From Lepidodermella squamata (taxonomy: Eukaryota; Animalia; Gastrotricha): a stretch of DNA of 64,000 bases. The position numbers and the translations under genes were made by a program. This document shows positions 36,366 through 49,551 of the stretch, in pieces. The stretch is taken from the NCBI GenBank assembly GCA_047495785.1, contig JBLDXI010000032.1:806001-870000 (forward strand). Reading direction: 5' to 3'. Within the stretch, counting starts at the first letter, position 1; every line of letters begins with the position of its first letter. The notes below the pieces were generated by a model. It searched no databases, was not told the DNA's origin, and was given only the letters and a program-made list of their open reading frames with translations.

Positions 36366-37949
36366 TCTTTCAAAAGAGCTTGAAAGTTGTTTACTATTTT
36401 GCGAAAAAATGCTAAGCGTACAAAATATTTGAAAATTCCTCCTTAATGGATTTTTCTTAGTCCTGCGAAGCTAATTTTTTATTTATTGACTTATATTGAA
36501 TTCGTCTCATCACATATTCGTCTCATCACAGTAATATTGCCAATGAACAATTCATTCCAATTGAAATTCTCCAAAGGTTCGAAACTCTTCTTTGAACGAT
36601 GCGCATTCCAATCAGTGAACCACGCCTCCTGCATATTTTTTTACCAGCCTGTAGTCTACGCCATGAGCGGTCAATTTACTAGCCAGCCTTCATAGCTAAA
36701 TCAAGTTTACAAGTCAGAGATTTTTTCGATATAAGCAGCTTTGAAAATGGTTCTGCTTAGCTGATGGTACCAGGTAGCTAAAATAAAAAATCCCAGGGTC
36801 ATGGAGGGCATAATTTAAGCCGCATACATATCGATCAAAAATATAAAACCTTATTTGCTATGAATTGGAAATTTTTTGTGTCATGGCGCTTTATTTCAGT
36901 GGTGCAAATCTTTAGAACCTATAGCTAAATGGCAAATTTATGCAGTTCTTTTTTATAATCCTATTATTTGCACAAATTCCCGTCAGTTGATTCTGATTGC
37001 TTTTCCATTCTGATTTTTTGACCATTCGGCCTATTTTGTAATGATTAATGTCTCTCTTTTTCCGAATGAAAAAAAATAATCCAATTTTCTCTGCATGCCC
37101 TTGTCGCAGCGATCTGGAATGATGAATAGCAATAAGTCATCAGGGCTCGGCCATAAATTATGCGGGACTTTTTCTTTTTATTGCGTTTGCTACCTTATCG
37201 CTGAATCGCCGCTTGATCGTATGTATAACGCGCTATGACCCTCCCACCCGCGGCTCAATGTGCCATGCTAGACCGCAATCCGCTGTTCAAGGCAGCAGCA
37301 GTCGGTATTTGGCGTTGCAATTAATTCACGGTAAACACACACATACACGGACTCATAAGCCAGGCGATATGTTGTATGAGCGTACTCAAACACGCGAAAT
37401 CGGCCACAATACAAGGTGTATGCATGCGAGTCTGAGTACATCATCGTATTCGCATAGCGCTTGCTTGGCGAGGCGGATCCGTCTTACTCCTTATACTTAC
37501 ATAATGTTCAAAAACGGCAATTTGTTCTACCAATTTTTCCTGCTAAGCGCACAAAGATGGACGAAGATATACTGCTATAACTAATATATACTTACTTATA
37601 TATCATTTTGAGTATCGTTGTTATTACCCGGCTAATGCGTTTTTTGTGTCTGTTTTCACAGATGTCCGCAGTCTCGAGAAGCAACCTGTCCCGCTCGAGG
37701 TATTCGGCGGCCTCGTCAATGACCCGGACGACGAGCAAGAAAAGTAGTGACCGGTGTTTTAATTTCAAGCCGTCGTGTTTTTCCGCGTTTCTTTCTTTCT
37801 CTATATCATCATCATTGATCAACAACAACAAGTTGTGTGTTTTTTATTGAAGGACAAATATCATTGCCATTTTTTAGTTAATATTTCCGCAAATATTTTG
37901 TCAAATATATAGAAATTTTGAAAATTGTTGAGTTGAGCTGATTTGATCG

Positions 37950-40900
37950 ATGGCCAGCTCTCCTGCCCGAACACCGGGCACTGGGACTAATGACACGTCG
38001 TGGGCGTCGTGGTTTCGCTCTTCCGTTTCCTTCATCAGCAGCATTAGCAGTCCGAACCTGTCAATGCGGGCGTTCGACGGTGACTACGAAGACCGAATGC
38101 TTGATGATCTCAATTTTATGGAACTTCGCGATGGAAAACGCTTGAGCCGGCCCTGGGAACGCGGAACCGGCAGTGATCGGTATGTTAGCGAATCGCTCAT
38201 TTTGAAAAAATGTTACAGGCATCAAATGAAGTTTTTTACTGGCGAACCCGACACCTAAATTCAAAAAATTTGATAATTTCATCGGAAATATAAATAAAAA
38301 TTATAGAAAATTATGCAACCTTAAGTTGTAAAAATTTTCAAATTATCTATGAAATTTTCAAAATTTCAAGGCTATATGCTTCTTTGAGCTAGCTTCGTTT
38401 CGTCTTTCGCCTTTCTTATTAAAAAATTCCGACAAATACGCAAATCCCGGTGAAACCAGGTAATACCCGGAAATACCCAAAATTCGGGTTTTTCATGATT
38501 TTTCATTTGTTCATTTCCTTCTTGGAATCTAATATGTTCCTGATGATGTCCTTAGTTAATTTTTTATCGGTGAGTTTTGAGAATCTTCAGAAAAATCGTT
38601 TGAATTCCTTCTTTTTCGTAAAATTTTATTTAATGGTATGGATTTGTATAGGGGCAGTGAATTTGACGACAACGCCTCGATGGCTAGTGCTCAAATGTAT
38701 TCAGATTCGATTCAAGATGATTCCTCAATCGCCGGTCCTTCAACCGCCAGGTATGCAAGTTTCCTCACCATCCTCGTTATACATATTTAGAGGGGTTGGT
38801 CGAACACTTTCACTCTTCTCTACATTTTTCCACCTTAATTTTCTGTACTCGCGCACGCTTGTTTTGCTTACTGCTTCTATTTTCTGTTTTGCTCTTTGTT
38901 GCTTTTAGCTATTTAAACCCCGCTGGCTCTCCCTTTTCAATATTGCTATGGATAGTGTCGAATTAGATGCCTGATTAAGAGTTAGATAGTTAGATAGGAA
39001 AAATGTGTTGAAATTGCTTACTATTGTGTGGTTGTGTCTTGGCCCTTCGCCTCGTGTCGTGCAGTGCTGGCAGTTTGGCTGCGACTAGTGATACTGGCTT
39101 CTCGACACCCGGAGGCCGTCGTTACTTGTCCTTTGCCGAGTGTCAGCAACTTCCGAAGACGGACTACATGTATGCTTATACGTAAGTCTCAGAAATCAAG
39201 TTAGCTGTTGTATTTTACCCGGAAAAATCTGACTCGAAACAACCTCATAATATCGCTAATATTATTTTGAACGTAAATGGCTCAATTATTACCTAAAAAC
39301 CCCATTAAAATCCACCATAAAAAATAACAGCTATTTCCACATGCTTCAGGGTTTTGGCTTTGAAAAATATTTTTAAAATAGCACGTTACTGCTCACACAC
39401 CGTATTGGTTTGGTTTCACCTCACAAATATCACGAAAATTTCCAGAAATCAAATTATTTGAGTATATTTTTGGCTAGCCGTGATTTTTCGTTTGTCGCAT
39501 GCTTTAATTTTCCTCGGGTATTAAAGGCTTTTCAAACGTATTAACTGCATTCCAAGTCCTCTTATAATTTCTTAACTCGAACATCTATTAAACGAATGTT
39601 TTTCGATAACAGACCGGTGTATAGTCCGAGAGGAACTCGCAATATCGAAATGCCGAATATGTGCCGCCAGCCGATTCGCAGCAGTGCTGCCGGGTCGAGC
39701 TCGATCGAAGCCGAATACTACCTCAGATCGCGGACGAGCACCAAAGTCGGCTCGATACCGATGTTTGGGACGGATCGGGACGATGATACGTGGTCAAACG
39801 CGTCTCGATCGCCTCGCACCCCGGTCTCATCGCGGCAGCCTGGCCGCCTATCTCGCCTCGCATCCAAGATCTGGCTCAGCCTTAAATTCGCATCTCTTCG
39901 ATTCTGGTCGTTACTATGCTCGTTTTTACTGTTAACATTCGTCGCGGCCCCTATCGCGTCTTGGCGTAAAGCGAGCTGGGCGTCGCTACTGCTGTGGCGG
40001 GGCGTTGTTCTCGCGGTCACTACGCCATATTCTCTTGCTGTTTCTGCTGGTCAATCGATGGCTTCCTTGACATTGCAAGCTGCAACTGCCGGTTCGGAAA
40101 TCGCCGGTAGTTCGGCGAACACTGTGGTTGTGCAAGTTTGCACATTGGTCACCCACTTTTGGATGACGATTCGACGCGTTGCCGCTGCCTCATCAGAAGC
40201 GTAAGTTATTTTACAAAATTTGATAATTCAAAAATCCGCCTTAAAATTACGAGTCCTGAGTTAGACAAGCTTAGAAGACACAAAATATGTATATTTTCCT
40301 AAATGGGAAGCAATCGGAGAAAATAGAAAGAAATCGTATTAGAACGCCTAAAATGAGAGGACGTACCGGATCTAGGTATGAGAGGACATATCGGATGAAA
40401 TACGGTACATGGTTGCTCGAGCTTGCGCTACATCTTCTGCAAGCTCGGAATCCTGGCCACCGAACAATAATCGTGCAGGCGAACCAGCGAAAGAAGGCTC
40501 GATCATGTGCCCAATTTCCATGGCGACCTTGCCGGTCGGGATGCCCCACGTCGCCGTACGCTTTACGACAGCTTCACCCATGGCGAGCGGATGGATAAGG
40601 TACGGGACTGTGTCCGGGAACAAGCCGCCTACGCTAAACGTGCCCGTCCACGGCAGCTTAGTCATGGCCCAGCCCAGCGACGCGCCTGCATGGCCCGGTC
40701 GCTCAACGCAGCGCCAAAGCACTGGATCGCCATATCAGCCGCGAGCCTCCAGGCGTTGTAGACCCCGTTGGAGCAGTGCCATTCCTCACCGGCCTGCAGG
40801 AACCCTCTGTCAGCTAGTGACACGATGGCCTGCCTGTTTGCGTTGACGGCCCGGGCTAATATGAGGTCCTCACCCGTGATGTTGACTTGGTTAAGCGCCG

Positions 40901-43900
40901 TTGCCCAGCCGACGTTAACGTATGCTCCGAGCAAAGCTGCGACACGGTAACGGTCGACGATGGCCACACGCATGAGCGCTAACAATTCGGCATTGTCCGA
41001 ATCCGTTGATACAATGAGCTGCTCGCCTTTGTACCTAATCACGGGTGGCAGGTCCATGGGCAGGGGCACCTCGCATGACGTCTGCTGGTACAAACTGTCC
41101 ATCCAAGCAAGCTGGTGTCGGTGGTCAGCCACAGCTGCGACGGGGTACTTCGCTCGATAGATGGCGTCTAGCGCGTTGACTTCCTCCGTCCGCACGAGCC
41201 TGTCGGCATTCTAACAACGCCGGCGTAACCAGGTTCAGCGTGTGGGTTCCGGTGAGCAGCACGGCAGCTCTTTGGAAGCCAGCCACGAGGTCCACGATCT
41301 CCCCGCGGCTTCCGGCTACTGCCGCCATTGCGTGGTACAAGTTTTGTACGTTGGTGTTGGCGTAGGTGTACTCCGGCACCCCAGCTTAAGCAACTGTCCA
41401 CTTGGTTAGCAAATAAAATTGCCGTGGTGCCAAATTATGCCGCATATTGCCACTATCCATCGGGTTAGCGCCGGTAGGGGCGACGATCCAGAAGGGCAGT
41501 CCATGCGCGTAGACGCTAGCCACCAGGTGGGCTGGATCGTTCTGCGACTCACTAACGAGCACTGGCGATGCAGTGGCAGTGGCGCGCCCCAGGGATGTGA
41601 GATGCGGCGAGTTCATTGTGAGCGGTTGTGACACGTCGATGTGCAACAAGTTCGGTGTCACCGCACCGCCTGCCGGCCATTGGATGATGATTTGCTGGTC
41701 AGTGGCGAACTAGTGCTGTAGTACGACCACCCATATGACGAACCAGAACGACGACATCTCGTGGACCGGCTTTTGGATACAAGCATGAGCTATCATGAGC
41801 TTGGCCGTTTTATCGTCTATCTGTAGGCACTGGGCTAGCTGGTGGGCTAGTTCGTTAACATTCTGTAGTTGTAGCATTCGAGGCGAGGAATGAACTCTTC
41901 TTTTCCGTTATGCGACCCAGCGAGCGATTCAACTCAATTTTTGAATTTTATATGAAGCATTCCAGCATTTATTTTCCAATTTCATCGAGACCAGGCGATT
42001 TTCCGAGTTTTTCGTTTGAAGTGACGAGCTGAATTTCTTCGCATGTCATCCGCTTTAAGACACGTGTTTCTCACGTGTACCGGCCGACACCTGAATTTAT
42101 TGCCTTGAGCACCTAGTAACATTACATAGATTACAGTGAATGTACCTATGCCAGAAGACGCCCGACAACTCGGTGTCAACTTCCTCCTTATGCAAAAAAA
42201 CGCGCAAGTCGCGATTTTCTGATTATCAAAGTGATAGACAGTCGCCAGATGCAATCTATCATTACGACTCTAAAAGCGAGCAACGAAAATGCCTACATAC
42301 TTATTATAACAGCGTCCGTAGTTTTTGGCAGATTATCCAAGAGTTCTAGCAACTTCAGTGGAAAAACGGTGTTGAAGCAAATACAATCATAGCCAGCGAA
42401 CCAAATCTGAAAATCCCCGATCGAGAATCTTAAGCAGATGCAGATGTTTGCAAATGACGCCGTTTTTACTGGACGGACAAGAGCAAAGCATCTCCACAGA
42501 CCAGACATCATGCGAATCACTGCCTGAGAACGAAGGAACTTCAACGGAGCCATCTGGTTTCCACGTCATTAATCCACAGAATTCCGCATTGCAGGGCTGA
42601 TAAACGGCCCTCTCTTTCGCTTTATCTCGAATTTCGCCATATTTCCTATTATTTTGCATCAGCTCGGTAATCAGGTGCTCGTAGATCCGCATAACGCTAG
42701 TCCTAAATTTTAAAATGTGAACAAATCATTAACCCCTGATACCCTAAATATTAAATAAACTTACGTCAACGGGTGAAACAACATGTCGATTCGACAGTTG
42801 CTCCGGCCACGCATAAAGGACTATTGCAATAAAAGAATGCTCTGATAGCGATCCGTTAACATAGTCTGGTGCAATTGGAAAGTCCACCCCACATGTTGTT
42901 TGAAATAATGAGGAAATAAATTGTGTGCTCGGCAAAAATCTGAATGAAAAATGAACTTTTTATTTCAACATAAGATTCATTTACATGAGGCGGCGTCGCA
43001 TTGTACGCCTTCGTCGATATTCCAGTCAGCGTTTCAGAATGTAGATCAGAAGGATGATGATGAAAAAGACAACCTTGAGGCTGATAGGCAGCTTGGGCCC
43101 GACAGAAATTATTTGGCCCAATGTAGTTTGAAGTCAGCATACAAGTTTATTGAGGCTGAATGAAAAATACATATCGAATTATAGTAAAAATTCCATATTT
43201 ATTTTTAGGACTGTTGTTGCTACGAAGAAGACGGGTGGATTCGTGTGGCGGCATCTGTGGCCACTTCTCCTCATTCTAGCGCTGGTACTGTTCTACCTGG
43301 TCTTCCCATTCGGTGTTGTTTACCAACGAGCTGTTGATTACTACGAACAAGTCAATACAACCAAGTATTTTGAGCTGCTCAAATGGCCGGAAAATTGGAA
43401 GGTCGATACGGCGGCATACGAGGATCCGCCGGAGACATCGACGTCTACTGTACCGCCGCCTGTTATCACGGAACAACGAGAACCGATTCAAATGCCGACT
43501 TTCAACTGCAAGGATTGCTGGAAACCTTATTCTGTCGAGGTCGAAAAGGTAATTATTCAATTTTTAACGAATTTTTTATTATTTTAGAATTGAAATTTTT
43601 TTCAATATTTGAAGAAATAATTGTTGGCGCAACAATATTTAAAAATGGGAGAAATTAGAGAATTATTTTATTTATTTATTTTTATTTAAATATTCTATTC
43701 TAGTTCACAAAAATAATATTTTTATTTTATTTTTAGCTCCTCGCCGAACGCGATCAGGAAATATTCTCGAGATTGGACTCAAAATTGGCGTCGGCAGCTG
43801 CACTAGCCGTTCAGAACTCCGAGGCGAAATTCTCAGCCGCCGCTTCGAGACTTTCAGAGCTCGAAGGCGCGATCTCTCAGCTCCATCAAGCGATTGCCGA

Positions 43901-44933
43901 CGCTAGGGCTGAGGCGAAGCGAACGCTGGACGAGGCTGAGCTGCTGCGTAAAGACATGCACGAAGACGACCGGCGGGCTATGCAGAATCTGCTCGACGAA
44001 ATGTGGTCACGGGTTGATCAGAAATTAACGGCGAGCAGTGACGCGATTGAGCGGAAACTGGCCGAACATCAAGCGGCGAGTGACGCGAAAATCGATTCAA
44101 CCGGGTCGAAATTGAGCGAAGAATTGCGGTTAAGCATCGAACGGGCACAAAAAACTGCCGAGGACGCGATTTTCCGGGCGGATTCGGTCGCGGCGGTTGT
44201 GGCGGATCTACCCAGCCACCCAGCCCCGGTCGAACCGGCCCCGGTTGTTGTCGAGTGCAAAACCGCCTGCCCTCCCGCCCCGCAATCGACCGGGTCGGTC
44301 GTATCTGGTCTGACAACTCCAGAGGTTGAAAAAATCGTGGAGGAGGCGATTACCCGGTACGACGCGGATCGAACCGGCCAGCCGGATTTCGCACTGGAGT
44401 CATCAGGCGGCAGTGTGGTCAATGTTCGATGCTCAAAGACCTACGACATTTCAGCTGGTACTGTGTCGATTTTCGGCTTCCCAGTTTACTTTGACACAAA
44501 ATCGCCGAGGACGGCGATTCAAGCCGGTCCGCTGGTCCCGGGCAACTGCTGGGCCTTCTCCGGAAGCCGGGGTTACCTGGTCGTGCGGTTGTCCTACCGG
44601 GTTTTCATATCCTCAGTCAGTCTCGAGCATATTCCAAAGCAGTTAGCGCCGCTTGGCCGCCTCGACTCGGCGCCGCGTGAATTTCAGGTCTACGCCCTGG
44701 CTAGTGAGACGGATACGGTTGGCCGGTTGCTAGGCAACTACACGTACGACGCCGTTTCGGGTCTAGCCCTGCAGACGTTCCCGACCCTGGAGGCGGGCGA
44801 TCGGACCGAGGCGGCTCAGTACGTTGAACTGCGCGTGCTGTCCAACTACGGCCATCCGAATTACACGTGCATCTACCGGTTCCGAGTTCACGGCACGCCG
44901 GCCGAAACTGCTGCGGGCACAAGTTTCCCGTGA
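37950..44933 (+). CDS. SUN-domain inner nuclear membrane protein (SUN1/2, UNC-84-like). 5' exons uncertain (the start may be 37662). Clear exons: ~39613-40200, 43209-43548, 43737-44933.
   Basis: Ser/Arg-rich nucleoplasmic region, TM helix (WPLLLILALVLFYLVFPF), coiled coil, and SUN domain YDADRTGQPDFALESSGG...PGNCWAF...SAPREF...SNYGHPNYTCIYRFRVHG. Confidence 0.9.
40372..41877 (-). pseudogene. Putative endogenous viral element: decayed toti-like dsRNA virus capsid fragment (~500 codons, two in-frame stops, two frameshifts), inside a SUN intron
   Basis: Intronless GC-rich block. The frame from 41877 to ~41190 continues through two stops, then shifts twice. The motifs AVAGSRGEIVDLVAGFQRAAVLL and VPYLIHPLAMG..WGIPTGKVAMEIGHMI recall toti-like capsids. 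Confidence 0.55.
42387..42830 (-). mobile_element. MULE/SWIM transposase remnant
   Basis: FMRGRSNCRIDMLFH followed by the SWIM finger CSCPSSKNGVICKHLHLL. Confidence 0.65.
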
Positions 44934-46395
44934 GTATGAGAACCAAAAAGACGGCTGTTTCTTCTTCTGATATTTTCCCGTTGATGATGATACACACTTG
45001 AAAACTTCAATTTTTGTGCTTATTTCTGCGATCTCGTGTCATAGCCACCTTAAAAATGGCTTTATTCGTCGTTTTACTACTTCTATTTGTCGAGAATTCG
45101 CAGTTATCTTGTTGATGTAAAATATTATGTATAATTATTGCATATACATATATAGCCTCATCGAACAAAATATTATTGTCGCTGTTATGTGCCACGCTAT
45201 TTATGTTAAATACCTAACAATCGAAAAATTCTTCTTATTAAAATTGTTGCTATGCAAATGCTGCGGCCTTCGATATCAAAATTTGGATTATAGTACTGTC
45301 TCATGATTTTTAGGGAAGATTTGCATGTAAAATTTAGACGTTTTTTTCTGCTGGGTTTGAACAAAAATGATCGTGATTTCTGTGCCCTTTCTCAGTTGTT
45401 TTTCTACGAAATTCGCGCCAATAATCGTCACTGATAATTGCTTTCTGAACAAACAAAAAAATCGCGTTTCTTCCTCTCATTCTTTTCTATCGTTTAGTCA
45501 CTTGAATAGCTACAATTGTTTCGTCTGGAAAATGTGAAATCTCTAAGTTTTCCATATTGATCTGAGTTTTTTCAGTTGTTGCAGAATGATATATACCTAG
45601 ATGAAACATGGTGCGGTAGATGTTAGCTGGTGACGGTTGGATGTAGTTTTAGAATTGAATTTTTCTAATTCCTCACTATCTGTAAAACAATCAATTTCTT
45701 CTCGGGTTGGAAGCAATATATACCGTTATATCAGCCTCCTTAAATTGAACGGATGATGTGTCTGTTAGGAATTATCTGTCTTTTTACACGGCCCAATACG
45801 TCGATATCTGTGTTGCCCCTTTTTCTACCGCTCTCGCAAGCTTCTAACTAAAAATTGTTGTTGAAAATGGTTGAAATACACCTTTAGTTGCGCGTTATTT
45901 ATACTTACGATGCAAATGCGAAAGAAAACGCGTACGTTGTTGTTATTACAGTAGCCAGCCAGCTTGTGCCATGCCTATGTAATCAATTGACTGAGGAATC
46001 AAGTGGCGGCAAACAGACGGGTCTGCGCTGCTACATTCACGTTTTTGTGTACATCTACGCTTATATATTCTGCCCGTTGAAAGAATGCTCGCAGAAAATT
46101 CGAATAAAAAATATGAAATCGATTAGCCTCGACTTTTTATACCGGGTGAACATTCAATTAAGACAAATCGGCTTGAAAGACGAGCATTTTCTATCTATAA
46201 AACTGGAAAAACTGCATTACTCCACTCAACATCATAAGTCAGATTGCAAAATTCGTTGTAAATGTTTATTTTCCAACAGAAGATGGCATTCTTATTGAAA
46301 TGAGATCATGAGCAACGAATCACAGAATTTGCGAAAAGGCAATGCACCAATCAGAGAGTTATATTAAAGGAAGAGAAATTCAGCTAACAGCAGAG

Positions 46396-47598
46396 CTACT
46401 CAGAATAGTTAATGGTTTGGTAGCGTGACATGAACTCACGCAGCTTGGACGAGGCAATGCTCTCAATAACAGCCGTCAGCTTAACGTTATCCACATGAAA
46501 TTCTTCATTCAGCAGTCTTTCATTAACCGCTGCTTCTTCGACGCTTTCGACAAATTTCATCGCCAAAGCGACCACCAGCATATACCAGTCAAATTTGTAG
46601 TGAGCTGGTAACCCAACCAGACGATGTGGGTAGTAACTATCAGTGGTTGAATGAATCACCTCACCGTTTGCGACACAGGAGTCGAAGTCCCCTAGAAACC
46701 AGTTTCCGTTGCAGTCCAAAAAAATGTTTTCACCTTTAACATCCATGTGAATATGTCCCGTCGAATGGATATAATTCAGTGCCTCTTCAATTTGTAAGGC
46801 GCCAGTGTACAAGTCATCCAGACGGCCAGGCGTCATCGAAGCACTTAGTGTCGAAGAGTATGAGTCCATCTGCAAGGCCTCAAACCGCCTGCTCTTTAAT
46901 GACACATAATTCGAATGCAGCAATTCAGCGATAAACTCGTTGTCTTCTCGAATACTGATGGGTGTGCAATGAACAAGATGCAAAGCTATCATCTCCTCTT
47001 TAGATTTATCACCAAAAATCGTTTGATAGGTTTCAATTTGACTTTTCTTGGCCACTTTTAAAATAATCGGTTTCATCCCCAAAAAACCTTTGAAAATGTG
47101 ATTTGGATAGCTCGGATCGAGGTTTTCACCAATGTATATACCAAACGATTCTCTCAGCAGATTTCGAGTAGAAGATCTGGGAAGCCTTGCAGCATTCTCA
47201 TACAGGTTCACTGAACCTGCTGGGTCTGAAGCAGCTACAGTAAGGTTAATCGCATATTTTTCTAATATAACACGAATCACATGGTCACTGGGACGGTGAA
47301 TGCCGCCCTTCTTCAACGCGTCACGAAACATTGGAACATAAGCAGAGGGTGGGGCTAAATACATTAAATTCTTTACAGGCAAATTGACATTGAACCAAAG
47401 AGACTAACCTGGAAGTGAAGGTTGAGGAGGAGGTAGAAGTGGCCCTGATGACGGATGCAGGCCAATGGGATGCAGACAGTAGTCTTCCTGGCATCTTCTG
47501 TCACCATCGAATAGTTCAGTCTCGCCTCTAGTAATACCACATTCACACTGCTCTCCATTGGTTTGCTTCCCTCTACATAGCGTTGTGATCGTACTCAT
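46396..47598 (-). CDS. Atypical Ser/Thr protein kinase with a Cys/His-rich N-terminal header. Exons 47598-47409, 47354-46396 (382 aa).
   Basis: IILK lysine, HMDVKGENIF catalytic loop, GDFDS and DWYML. A 54-nt GT..TTTAG phase-1 intron joins the CxC..C..CxHxxxxH exon in frame. Confidence 0.8.
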
Positions 47599-48926
47599 AT
47601 CTCCTAACTCCAGGAAAGTATATTTTGAAACGCCTGAAGAATAATGGAAAGAGATTAGTGATCTGTAAAGTGCAATAATCGCTAACAAGTAAGCATTTTC
47701 CCATCTCATACGATTCAACAAGTGATTCTTTTAATATATTCACTGAAGGAAAAAGGTCAAAATTGCAGCTAAAAACGCAAAATTCGCTAGATGATAGGCC
47801 ACATTGAATTGCGCGTTGAAGCTGATTACCCACGGGATATAAGACAGCAGTCTGGCAGTAAGGGGTGGCCTTGTGGATAATACGGGCTTTCACCAAATAA
47901 AAATAAATCTATACGTAACGGCACGGTCGTTCTTCCGAAGACCTGTAGTTGGCTTTGACTGAGGATGACGGAAAAGAAGTCGTTCGAAGTTCGAAGTTTC
48001 TTCTAAGCATTAGACCACATCAGAGCATGGTCACGATATTCAGCGGTGGCTGCGGGCCTATCCGTGCCAGAAGCTGGAAATAAAAAGTCGCATCGGATCA
48101 GCGAAATACCATAAGCTAAAAATCGAAAAGAAGCGACTGCACGTTTGAGTTACCGGTTCCGCTCGGCAAGTTGTTTGTAGTGAGCCGTCACTAGAGACGC
48201 TAAGAAATTCATACCTAACAGCAAATTGTTTCCACATTTAAAAATATAAAAATCGTAAATCCCCAAAATCGACAATAAAAAGTGGAAAGGGTATTATCAT
48301 AATTTTAATTTTTTAATTTTTCGCGCGCTTGCGCGCTTGAGCTCTACGCCAAACCATAGTCTACCATGGCCGAGACAGATAAATTGCCATGGCTTTTCAT
48401 CGTCATCGCCAACCATGCCCGAGCGTTGTATGAAGTAAGGGGTAGGGGATATCGTACCTCGTACCTCCAGCTCGGGAGGTCCAAACCCGAAAAACCCTTT
48501 GTTCCGGAACTTCGGGGCCGATGATACCCGAAAGTACCCCTTAGCCCGAGGATCCTACTTTGTACACTGCCGCAATCCTGCATGGGTGGGATTATTTGTG
48601 CTTCACGAAGAAAATTGGATTACCATGTGACAAGTGATAATTTTTCACGTTTTTTACATGCTGTGTCGACCAATTTCTTTCAGTGTGGCCTCGCTATGCC
48701 AAATTATTACAGGATGAAGTCTATATCCCACCGCGCCAAAGATACTGCTCGTTTTAATGGTGAATTACCCCCAGCTTTAATTATTTCAACATTTTATTAT
48801 TTATTTCACTGTTTAATGCCACTAAGAATAAAACGCATTAAAAGTTACTGGCAATAAAAATCGTGCCTGTGGCTTAACATCAGTCATCCTAAAAATATCG
48901 GCGGTTCGATTTAGGCAGATGGCTTT

Positions 48927-49262
48927 TTAGCCGAAAATCGGTCGAACATTTAATCCTTTTTGAACATATCGCGCTTCGTTGCCGCCTCGAGGTGCAAAAC
49001 GGCGCTTTTGCCGCCCATCCGCGCCAGCCGATGTGATGGCAATCGAATGCGGCTTCTGCTTAGACCGCATCCATGAATTGCCACCGAAAAAGAACCCACG
49101 CTTAGCTGCAATCGGAATCAATTCCTCGCCAGAAGAGGGCGCCGAGTCTTCCTCGGACGACTCGTAGACACTGTCATCATGCAGATGATATCTCGCGGAG
49201 CATTGCTCGAAAAATGCCAGCAAAAAGATTGCGAAAGCGACAGTTAAAATTAGCCTTTGCAT
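48927..49262 (-). CDS. Putative neuropeptide precursor A (C-terminal ...QKGLNVRPIF-amide)
   Basis: Signal peptide, acidic spacer, KR/KRR dibasic sites and a terminal Gly. Confidence 0.75.
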   Translation of the reverse strand: MQRLILTVAFAIFLLAFFEQCSARYHLHDDSVYESSEEDSAPSSGEELIPIAAKRGFFFGGNSWMRSKQKPHSIAITSAGADGRQKRRFAPRGGNEARYVQKGLNVRPIFG

Positions 49263-49551
49263 TGCACTAATTTTTCGCGAATCAAAAGAAGCGAAATGTG
49301 GGAAAAATGCTAATTTTTTGCTCATTTTGTATCAAAATCACGCCTTATTGAGAGAGACACTTCCTTCCGCACAGGGTGGCCAAAAAACACTCGAAAAATA
49401 ACGTCGCATTATTTTTACTTTCTATGCATATTTCTTATGGCAACATGGATTCGAGATGATTGAAAAGTTCAACTTGAGTAAAATTATATCACAAGAACAA
49501 CCCACGCAATCAGCAATTTTTCAGGTGTTTATATACAAAAAATCACATGTT

